Translations under genes and position numbers: made by a program
Shown: piece after piece, positions 53,327-64,000 of the stretch
How the letters are laid out: the number at the start of each line of letters is the position of its first letter
How positions within the stretch are numbered: the first letter of the stretch is position 1
Source of the DNA: Callorhinchus milii
Lineage: Eukaryota
Direction: 5' to 3'
DNA: 64,000 nt
Assembly (NCBI RefSeq): GCF_018977255.1
Contig: NW_024704743.1
Span: 100,194,001-100,258,000, forward strand
The notes under the pieces: generated by a model
What the model saw: only the letters and a program-made list of their open reading frames with translations
The model's database searches: none
What the model was told of the DNA's origin: nothing

Positions 53327-55149
53327 TCTTACAATTATACAGCACCTTTCATATCTGGAGGATATTTTGAAGCATTTTACAGAGCTAACTGGGAGTCCAA
53401 GCTGGTGGTGGGAGCTGGGGAAGGTGGGGTGGGGGAGGGAAAGGTGACCAAAAGTGCCATTAAAAAGGTCTCAAGGTTTAATAGTTGGTAGGGTGGGGGG
53501 GCGGGGTGAGATGCGGAGGGAATCTGGGAAGGTGTTGCAGGGATCGGGACAGAATATTTATTTATTTAAACATATTTTATTTTGAATATTTAATTATTTA
53601 TTTTTGTCTTCCTCCAATTTTGTCCCCTCCTCTCTTGAAAACAGTGAGTTATGCTGGTGTGCACTTCCATAGACACAACAACCTCAGATAACTGATTTGT
53701 GGTCTTTTTTTTCATGCATGAGGCCACTTAGTAACAGCAGCCTATTCAATTGTGGAGAGCAAAATAGCCAACTTCTCTAAACAATCTTCACGCACATGCG
53801 CTTTCCACCATCATTCACTGTAACATGGGCAGGATGAGAAACCCTAGCTGAATATAGTAAAATGATGATAAACCTTGCATTTGATATAGAGCATTTGATA
53901 TATACAGGATGAGATTTCTCATCCTGCCCATGTTACAGTGAATGTATATAAGATATAGTAAAATCTGGCTTCAACAACCACTCAGAGCCCGGGGCCAAAA
54001 TGACCTTTATAAAGGTACAGCTTCTGAGTAAGGGTTTGTTAGTGTGTGTTCCTGGGTGGTTGTTAACAGGGGGTAGTTGCTGAATGGAGCTGGATGTTTG
54101 AGCAGATTTGACTGTACCGTGTTTTGAGTTCACAAAATTAGAGCCTGAGTTATTATGGGTTTGTGAAAAAAACACACAATCCCTTTTCTGGGTCATCAGG
54201 TAGCCATCGAGGTCAGTTCCTCCATCAAGTGATGTGATTGGCACTTCCTGTGCACACAGAAGAAAACTGTCTCCTGAAAAACCAAAGCATTTATTCTGAG
54301 ACTTGTAAACATTTTTTTATAAAATGTAAACGTGTTCTACTTTGAATTAATCACAGCACTATATTGTATTGTAAATGAAAGTGCAAAAAGGGTAATAATA
54401 ATCAATAATACTTACATGATATAGTGCCTCTCATTCCACTATGGGATAAGGGGAAAAGGCAGATAAGTGGGCCAGAAAACATTGTTCTTAAAAGAGCCAG
54501 CGCACACATGAAGGGGTGAAAGGTCTTCTGTGCCATAAATTGGTTCTCATACTTTCAAAGTCTAAGGCTTGCCCCAGGACTGTTAAATGTGTCCAATAAT
54601 TTTAAGGTTCTACTTGTTTTTCTCATGTGAATTGACTGCTGAGGAGTTTTCAAACATACATAAACATTTAACAGTTTGTCAGTAAGATTGATGTGACAGT
54701 GCAGTGTTAACAGCCCCCATTCAGTTTGACAGGTGAGGCTGAAGGTGTGTCAATGGGTCAGAAGAGGCTAATTTTCACAAGACAACAGGCTCAAGCCTCT
54801 GTGAGCTGCTCCTTCTTGGTACAATACACCAACTTCCCCTCAACTCCCCAAAACCTCGTGTCCACTGCAACACAGCAGAGGGCTGTTTTTTTTTAAAAAA
54901 AGAGCTATTAGTCACAAATTGTTTATGCAAAGTGCTTCTATTTCTGTTCTCATCGGGGTGGTTTACAAGGTCAGCCAGAAACAAACTCAGAATTATTGCA
55001 TTTTGCAAACTAACCTCTTAGTTTACTAAACTGACAAAAAGTCAAGTCACTTGAAACAGTTTCCCCCTCTCATTTGAAGTGTTTGTTGCTGTTGTTGTTG
55101 TTGTCCTTAACAAATATGATGGTTGTTTTTTTTGCAATTTCTTGAGAAA

Positions 55150-56275
55150 GTAAGTTGGTTCGAACTTTTGACGACGTAAAGAGATGTCCCATTAATGAAC
55201 CTCCCACCGCTCAGCAAATACTTTAAAAAGAAGCAAAGTTGTTGATAGGATTGACCGCTTCCTTAATAAAACCCTCACGACGGCAAAGTCACGATGGTTG
55301 AGCGTAATGGGATAGAAACAAACAACAACAACAACACTACCGTGCATTGGATCAATTATTACTGACAGTGTGTACTGTGAAATAACTGATCCAGATCAGT
55401 GCACCATCCCCACCTCTCTCTCTCTCTATATATATTACATCTGCTGGTGCAATCCTGACACAAGTTTCCCAAACTTTTAGCTTTTAACTTTTAACTGTTT
55501 AGTACGTTTTATTAAAAAAAGGCAACAAAAAGCTCCCACATATATATATCCCCCTTTTGTGGGTTCTGATGCCTTTTCCCGGAAGTTTCAAAAAGTTCCC
55601 AAAGTATTTGATGAACTTGTTTCAGATGAGTTGCTGGAGCTCAGAGAACAAGAACAAGATCCAGTCAGACACACACACACACACACATAGTCAGTCAGAC
55701 AGACAGACAGACATGTGCAAACCAAAGGAACAGCCTATTGAGTGCGGAAGTGAAACAAAAGAGTTGCAATCAACTTTTTTAAAAAAAACTATTATGAGAG
55801 TGAGAGAGAGGAAAACAAACACCGATATTTCTATTGAAAACTATCAGATCTGTGCTATCTATGGCAGAGGAGCTATGACTTCGAAAAGTTTAATGTTGGA
55901 CTCAACTTTTGATTTATTTATAGAAATGTACACACACAAACACACACAGACACAGAGATCTGCCTTCCTTATTTCTATGGGATTGGTGGTGGGTGGGGGA
56001 GGGGGGGGGGAGGTTGGAAGATCTGCCAACAGTCATCAAAACGTCTCGCCACACCAGTTTCACCGGATATTAACCAGCACACAACACACAAAAAAAAAGC
56101 ACAATGCACAACCAGTTGAATTGCTAATAACTTTAATTTACTCCTAACGAGCTCCAGCAACGTCCACAATAACATTCCCTGTTGCAGGCGTGTGAAATGT
56201 GCTGGGAGTATAAATACCTTACTTGGTCCCGACGAATAAGTTTGCATTAGTTTTTTTTTGAATGGATCTGATGTC

Positions 56276-56309
<34 letters not shown>

Positions 56310-58620
56310 GATTTTTTTTTCTCTCTCTTTCTCTCTGTTGCGTTGTTGTCGTGGTATTGAGGGCGGATCCAGGACCGAGGCAGCAGCTGTCAGAGGGGAG
56401 AGAGCTGTCAGAAGTGAGGGAGGGGGTGAGCCGAGCAGATCCGAGAGCAGCCGAGAGTGAGTGAGTGAGTGAGTGAGTGAGAGGGAGGGAGTGAGTGAGT
56501 GAGTGAGAGGGAGGAGGGCAGGTAGCACTGATGTGTTTACCTTTTGTTTAAATCGTCCCAGTGAGCAACACGTTGGAGAGAGAGAGAGAGAGAGAGAGAA
56601 CAGAGGCATCTCTCACACACACTCACACACACACACACTCACTCACTCAACCACCACCACAAGTTAAAGCTGTTTTCACTCTCCAGCTCCAACCTCTCGC
56701 TTTGCTTCCTCTCCCCCACCCAGACCTCCCCATCCCCCCCCACTCCACCTCCCCCCCTCCCCCCCCACCCCCACCAGCCCCTTCCCCCCCCCCCTCTCTC
56801 AATTGGAATACACTTCAAAAAAAAAGATTTTGTTTGGTGCTGCTGTTGCTGTCGTTGCCTTTGCTTTCTCTCTCTCTCCCCCCCCCCCTCCCCACCCCTC
56901 AAACCCCTTACCCTCTTCACCACCATCAACCCCCCTCCCCATTTCGTGGACCTCCTCCTTCCCGAACTGACTGCCTGGAGACGTGCATTTTGGAGCAGGA
57001 TGAAGGCTAAGAAAGGTAGGTGTGACCTGCGAGTGGTGTTGTTTTATTCTCATGCTGTTGGCACGTTGTCGGAATCATGTTTTGCACCAACTTCTCGAAA
57101 CTCCTGCGCTTTCTGTCGGAAACGGTTCATAGTTTTTTTTTCCTCCCAAAAAAAATCTTTTATTTGAAATTACATTTTAATATCCATATATGTATATATG
57201 TATGTGTTGATTTTTTTTTCTTCTTCTTACCCTCCCTCTCCCCCCTCTCTCCCCACACACACACACACACACACACACACGCGCACTTTTTTTTTAAGCT
57301 CTTTATACCAAGTTTTGTTTTAAGAGGGAGAAAAGGGGTGAGTTCGAGTTCCAGCAAAATCGAGTGGTTTTATGTGAATGGAGTGAAATAAAACGTTTGG
57401 GGAGGGTCGGGGTGTGTGTGTGTGTGTGTGTGGAGTGGGGGGTTAATGGCTTTGTTTAAAGCAGCTTCTGGCTTTCACCTCGTGGAGAAGTTTCTCTTCT
57501 CTTCATCCTCCTCTCCTCCCCCTCCTCCTTCCTCCTCCCCCTCCTCCTCCCCACCATCCCACCGCTGGAATTCTGTCCCTGCATTGAAGTGTCTCAATCT
57601 CTCTCTCTTTTCTCTCAAAAAGCTTCACAAATTGTCGGCAACAAAAGTGTTGAGACGACTTGAGTTGGGGGGAAAAAAAAGTTTGGGACTGACCCCAACA
57701 ACCCCCCACCCCCCAACACCCCCCCCCCCCCACCCCACCCCCAACACCCCCCCCCCCCCCCACCGGTCTGTTTTCTTGTTGAAGTTGGTGTTGAAGTGAA
57801 GTGATTGAGTTGACTGCAGTGGATCCTTCTCTGGCGCTGTGTTGTGTAGTGTGTGTGTGTGGGGTGTGAGTTGGGGAGTAACTTTAAAACCTCACGCACC
57901 GCACCGACTGCTATTTATTCCTTACTTTTGGGGGGACTTTTTTTTTAACCCCCCCCACCCCCACCCACCCAAAAAAAACCACAAAAGGAAAGCTGTTCGG
58001 AACCCCCCACAAAGCAAACTCGGGAGAGCAAAAAAAAAAGCCCCTTATAAGGTTTGCGTGGGCGGAATGCGAGGAATGATTTACAGAGGGGGACGGTCAT
58101 CTCGTGGGTTTTGTGGAACCGCCACTTGCAATAAAACATTAAAGGCTCAGCCGTGCGGAACGTCCTGTAAATGTTTCCAGGTTCAGTTGCTGTGTTAAGG
58201 TGCAGTGGCTTCGTTTGCAAAGAGCCCCAAGAGTCGGGCAGGGATGTGAACCACAGGACCTGCCATTTTGTCGGGCCCTGTGCGATCCTGTGGGATCACT
58301 TTTTAGTCTCTTTCACACAGGAAACTGGATGCTGCTTTTTTTTCTCTCTCTCTCTCTCTCTTTCTCTCCAGGCATTGGGTGTGTGGGAATGCAACGCGCA
58401 CAAGAGAGAGAAAAAAAAACTCCCTCCTTTTTTTTTGACAAGAGGATGTTTATGACAGCTCTCCCATGTGCGCGCCGCTGTCCCTTGCTGACTGCGAAAC
58501 TATTCCTTTTCTCTTCCTTCACCCCTCTTCTCGGGTTTACTTGGATATCGAGCGCGTCTCGGTCTCGGTTCCGGGGGTAACGTGCACATGTTTACGTTCG
58601 GGCTCGTGGAAATTACAGTC
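55150..58620 (+). promoter_or_regulatory. TGIF promoter, 5' UTR and intron-1 CpG-enriched, TE-free region with (GA)n, (GAGT)n, (CA)n and poly-C microsatellites
   Basis: Raised CpG content and no SINE/LINE fragments. TATAAA at 56209-56214, two GCTGTCAG at 56386 and 56404, CArG box CCTTATAAGG at 58043-58052. Confidence 0.6.
57000..57015 (+). CDS. TGIF1: TGIF-family homeobox gene, first coding exon (MKAKK-)
   Basis: ATG AAG GCT AAG AAA G|gtaggt, a 16-nt phase-1 coding end resembling the MKGKKG start of vertebrate TGIF1. It lies in a CpG-rich region and splices in frame to 61034. Confidence 0.85.
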
Positions 58621-58899
58621 TTGATGTCATTCCCAACTCTTTCACTGGAACCAACTGCTCTCGTTCTATAATTCTCTGTTCCCTCCCCGTCGTTTTTCTA
58701 ATTTTGTCAGATTGTTGGCCAATTCCCTTTTAAATGTTAGATTTGCATAATTTAACAGGTAGTTGTGTCAAAACATTCTATGTTGCAGTCACTTTCCACT
58801 TGAAAATGTTTCTTCCAACTACCCCTAAAATACCAGTGACAATTCTGACCCTGTACCACCACCACCAACAACAACCAGTGGAGTCGGGCGAGGATGGGG

Positions 58900-59365
58900 C
58901 CCACTAGTCGCGCTATTATTAAACCTTTAATTAATTTATAGATTTCCTCATAAGTTTTGTGTTCTAGTGAAACCTGCCTAAAACTTCCAAGCCACCTTCA
59001 CCTCTTTGCTATAAACCTTTTTTGTGGCCTTGATGTCCTTTCTGTATAAGGACAGCCGGAGCTGTATACTTTCAATTGTGGCCTTTGGGATGTTGTGTGA
59101 ATTTAGAATCACTTCCATTTGTATTCAGTGCGCCTATAAGTAAAACATGCATATAGGGGCACCAAATACAAATACCCTTTTACTGCCTCTTCTATCTGTA
59201 CTATCTATCTCCATTGTAAAGTATATTTCCTTCCTTTGTTCTTTTATCACTTAACGTTAAATAGCACCTGTCACTTATTTGTCCTCTCTTGTAAATTCCC
59301 TGCAGTTTCTCCATTCTTCCCCACTATTTAAGAAATCTCTAATTTTGAATCATCAGCACCCTTTG
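58900..59365 (-). mobile_element. Degenerate CR1 3' region in TGIF intron 1
   Basis: The minus strand resembles the RP.LEY....W.PY.RKDI.AL and RF.R segments of CR1 ORF2. Confidence 0.55.
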
Positions 59366-61033
59366 ACAGTAATCCCTGCATTTGATATAGTGCCTTATCA
59401 TATCGCTTAGATGTCTCAAATCGCTTCACAGGATTTTACTGGGAAGTATAGTGACTGTATATTTGGAGGCAAACCAGCAACTTAATTTGCTACAGCAAAA
59501 TCCTACAAATAGCCATGAAGCAAATGAACCAATTATATTTTGGGGGGGTTATTGGCCAGGGCACTGGGAGAAACTCCCTCCTACATAAATAGATTTTCTG
59601 CATTGTTTTCATGTTTTTTCAGAAAGTGTTTTATAAAATGAAGTTTGATACTCGAAGACTATCCATTTTCGGATAGATGAAAGGATGACTTAAGTTTATA
59701 CAATTTTGATTTCTTCAAAAAAAAGACAAGTCAGTCAAATGTGGATTCCTCTTTACAAATGCATGTCGGCTCTGTCGGATAATCCTTGCGTTTCTATGGA
59801 GTTGAATCACGTTTTATAAAGTTACTGTCACCCCCTCTCCCTATAATGACACATTTTGTTCTCATTATCTGTAATGTTAAAAAAAAGTACCCCAGTTCCT
59901 TTGGAAGTCTTTTAAACCATTGTTTGTTGCCCTTGATCCCAGGGTGGGGAGAGATGAGAGTTTAGGCCTTTGTTTTTATTAAATGTTACTGTTTTTTGTT
60001 CAATGAACTGAAAGTAAAGAGCACGTGTTTAGTGTGGGAATAATATTTGATTCAACAACCCATAACAAATGCAGCAAAAAACGACTGCATCTTTTATTTC
60101 GCCATAATCTCTTTGCAAATGATGTGCTAACTTTTTGTTTGGGAAACTGAATGCCTGGGAGTCGTAAGGGGGTGGGGGGAGAGAGAGAGAGAAGGGGGAA
60201 AAACACTAGGTTCATTTAGGGCGATTTGTGTTCTTTTGTTCTGGGTCAAACAGATAATGGCTGCTGGGAATGGTGGAGGAGAGCAGGTATCACTTTACAA
60301 ATGGACTGGCAGGAAGGCAGTCTAATCGGGTTGACAAATTCAAACTTAGCCAACCAGAGATTGCCTTTTTTTTTCCCCCCCACACAGCGCCAGGGTTGAT
60401 ATTTAACGGATTTGCCCTGAAAGCAGCCCAGCCCGCTGGGGCTTGTCGATCAGTAAATAACATCACAGAGAGTTTATGTACTGAGGAGATGAGAGGGAGA
60501 GGGGGAGCTGGCGCTTTGTAAACTATCTTAATTAAAACCTTGTGGATTTTTTTTGTGTGTAGAGGAAACTTACTTATTTTAAAATACTTTCTTCAAATTG
60601 GGTGGCCTGTGCTGATTTAATAACTTCAGGAATGATCTTCGAGTTATGTTTATAGACCTCAGGGAAGAGGCACCAAAATGCATGGCTTGTCAATCCCAGG
60701 TCTCCTCCTTACACATCGTAAGAGGTCAGATCAGAGGGAAGTACATGAGCAAAAATGATCACTGTGAGACGATTACATTTTCCTCCCCGTGTGTGTGGGA
60801 GAGAAAATACTCTTGATTCCCCTCTACAGAGCATGGCTTTGTAGAATGCAGCATTAAGTTCTCACTCACAAAGTGACCCAGGGTGTTTGCAGCCCAGACC
60901 AGGAGCCGGCTGACAGCTTGGGAGGGAATGGGTTAAGGGTGTACGTGTTGGTTGGTGCAGGGGTTGGAGGCTGCTCCCTGGCTGAGCTCTCTATCCGGAG
61001 CTGTTGTTTCAAGTTGTGTCGTTTGATTCACAG

Positions 61034-61251
61034 CCATGGGACCAGCGTGCAGCAGCGACAGTGAGGAGGACGACAGCCTGGAGATCCCCCTCGATCTCTC
61101 TCATTCCGGGAAGCGTCGCCGCCGGGGGAACTTGCCCAAGGAGTCGGTGCGGATTCTGAGGGACTGGCTGTACGAGCATCGTTATAAGGCATATCCGTCC
61201 GAACAGGAGAAAACACAACTGTCCTGGCAGGCGCAAATGTCTGTGTTGCAG
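61034..61251 (+). CDS. TGIF1: TGIF-family TALE homeobox, coding exon 2 (CtBP-binding motif PLDLS plus homeodomain helices 1-2). The remaining exon was not found in the window.
   Basis: Acceptor ttcacag|[55 protein letters not shown]; phase-0 donor TTGCAG|gtgagt at the conserved LQ|V position. Confidence 0.93.
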
Positions 61252-64000
61252 GTGAGTGAGTCTTAAAGGAAACACTGCGATGTTAAGCTGACAAATTCAG
61301 TTGCAGAACCCACATTGATCAATGTTGACAAGACTCGACTTGATGCCTTTTAAAGACTTGCTTGCACGATGCTCGTGATCTGGAGAACAATTGGCCCAGG
61401 AAACACTAGATGTCATTCATCCAGTACTCCTGTCCTTCCACTCTACAGTGATTGATCACACCTGGAGCTAGAGCAGTCCGAGGGATTTCAGAGTTGCAGC
61501 AGTGCCAGAATGTGTGTCTTGCGTGTGTTTGTCCCAGTTCTTCTGAATAGGACTCTGTAGGGGTGCAGTTATAATAATAATTTTTGCATTAGATAAAGCA
61601 TCTTTTACGTCCGGAGGGCATCTTAAAATGCTTCACAGGAGTTCGCTGCAAACTGTAGTGACTGGACTCAGTAGGTTCTGGGTTGCCCTCCAGTGCACCA
61701 CCCGGGTGGATTGCGGCCCACATCTGTTGTCGCCCGATGTCCCGACAGTTAAAACGTAGGTCACTATTTACTTACTAACTGAGGCTGGAAACACTGGACT
61801 TCTCTGCCTTAACCCAGGTGCACAAAGACATTGCTCTCACTGGAGTTCCCTCCACTCCTATTGTAGCTGAGATGAGCCACAGTTAGCGGTGAACTATGAG
61901 GGCAACTTTCAAGGCTGAATGACCTGTTTCTGTGCTGTATGCATCATTTTTATATTTGAGACCTTACCCTTCCCATTACAGCTTTGATGTGAAAGGATAG
62001 AACAGGTAGAATGGAGATGGGTTAAAAAGTCATAATAATTAATAATAATCCTTACATTTGATACAGTGCCTTTCACATCAGGATGACAGATCAAAGCATC
62101 TCAAAGTGTAGTGACTTTGTATTTTGCAGGCAGACATGAGCACTTTCTCATTGTGTACTTTCCAGCTGTCAGACTCGCGTGTGGTGCCCACTTCCCCATT
62201 CCATTCACTGTTTCTCATTGATAGTTCTTGAATTGCGCACATTGTCCATTTGCTTCTTTACTTGGTCAGCCGAATGTCTGACACGTGAGGAAACCCATCT
62301 TGCTTAAAAATATCCAAACCAAGCTGAAGAGTTCCATGCGTCCCACCTACATGTGGAAATACTGAAGATATTTATTGAAATGGAACGTGCATTTCTTCCT
62401 GGAGGAACACATTCTACTTACGTCATTCTGGAGAGTATTAGATTCAGGTTGGCAAGAGCCACAGCTTGGGGACCTCAGAGTGCCCATTTACTTCTGAAGA
62501 ACTGAGCCTGCAGCTAAATAATGGTAGGGGATGCTGAGACCCATGTCTCATTATTTGGCTTCAGGTTTGGGTTTGCATTGGCTGCAGAAGTGAAAAGGCC
62601 CAGGTGCATCACATGCTACAGACTCTCACATAGTCTGATGAAATGGTGGTGTAACTCTGTAAATGTTGGCCATTTTGAAGCAGAGTGTTACCTCCATGTG
62701 TCCCAACAAATTTCTGTCAGCTTAGGACAGTGCTAGCACTCTCGCCTCTTGAGTCAGAAGATTGCGATTTGAACTCGTATAGTCCAGGCTGACACTCCAA
62801 TACAGTGGTGGAGGATGTTGTTGTTGAAGGTGCTGTCCTTTGGATGAGACATTAAATTTCTGCCTATTCAGATGGATATTAAAGATCCCATAGCATTATT
62901 TGAAAAGAGAAGAGATTCTCCCAGTGTCCGGGCAACAATTTCGCAAATAAAATTGGTTAATCACTTCATGGATTTTTTTTTGAACATTGCTGTATGCAAA
63001 TTAGCTGCTCGGTATGTCTACAAAATGGATAGTTAAAGCCATTCCTGTGAAGTAAGTTGAGACACCCTGACGACATGATAAGGCACTATATCAAATGTTG
63101 TTATCCACTGGGAAATTCACCACTGGGTGTGGTGACGTAGTGTGGTAGCACATAGAGAACCCTTTGTTTACTCATTTGAGATTGCAGTCAGTGCATGATC
63201 CAGGTATAACTTAGTGAAAAGATGGCTCTTGTAAGATTAATCCTATTGTCTTCTTATATTCATTAATTGATAACACTTACATATTGTCCCGAGTGTGACT
63301 GCTTAACCTTTTGTTTATAGCACAATGGTGCAACAATAGAAAACAACCATTCCACTTGAGACCCTTTTGTATGGTACTTAGCAATGATTTGACTTGGTTT
63401 TCATATTGATTTCAACACTTAAAAAGTGCAACGTAAAAGTCCCGATGTTCCTGCTGACCTGGAATGAGGTGTGAGGACCACTGGAGAAGGTGGATTGGGT
63501 TGTGAATTGCTGCTGTGTTAATTGCAGATACCCTCTACTTCTGCTAATATGATGTCCCAAAAGATTTGAAAGCAGGCACTGGCACCATAACATCAGGACC
63601 CAGATCTGTGCATGCAGAAGTGTGATTCCTACAAATGCACATTGAATAGTGAAAGGAGGCAGTAAATCCAGTTTACCCACTGGCATTACTCCACTACTGG
63701 ATGCAATGTCTCCTTATTAATGTCGTATGAGAGGGAGGTGTTTCGTCTTTACATTTGCTCTAGGCAAACACAGTCAGACTATTGCAGTAAAGCTCCATGT
63801 GGTCTAACTGGCAATGTTTGTAAAGCACTAAATTGTTGAGACGTCCTCCCAACGTGAAAGGTGCTATATAAATGCAATTTGTTGTTTGTTGTTGATGGGA
63901 TGGTTTGATCTTTAGTTTTTTTTCTTCAATAGTTATGATGTGAAATAACAAAGTGACAGAATGATGGGTGCTACTATAATAATAATAACCTTTGCATTTG

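Overview
This is eukaryotic (vertebrate) genomic DNA. The repeat content (Deu-domain tRNA-derived SINEs, L2, CR1 and Tx1-like LINE fragments) points to a cartilaginous fish, which is an inference. Two spliced + strand genes are supported. The first is a complete non-muscle myosin regulatory light chain gene of the MYL12/MYL9 family: probable non-coding exon 1 ending at 15466, coding exons 21574-21754, 23034-23195 and 23950-24122, 171 aa. The second is the 5' part of a TGIF-family TALE homeobox gene with a PLDLS motif: coding exons 57000-57015 and 61034-61251, with the last exon not found in the window. Most other ORFs in the track come from repeats or low-complexity sequence. The most notable structures are: (i) a ~2 kb inversion (about 11640-13608) just upstream of the MYL promoter, shown by three split sequences that rejoin when the segment is flipped; (ii) a recurring pattern of SINE insertions carrying inverted templated copies of nearby DNA; (iii) unusual divergence of both proteins, which raises the possibility of an extra MYL-TGIF ohnolog pair; (iv) an unclassified old repeat, one copy of which forms a perfect hairpin; (v) a promoter sandwiched between two long G-skewed tracts.
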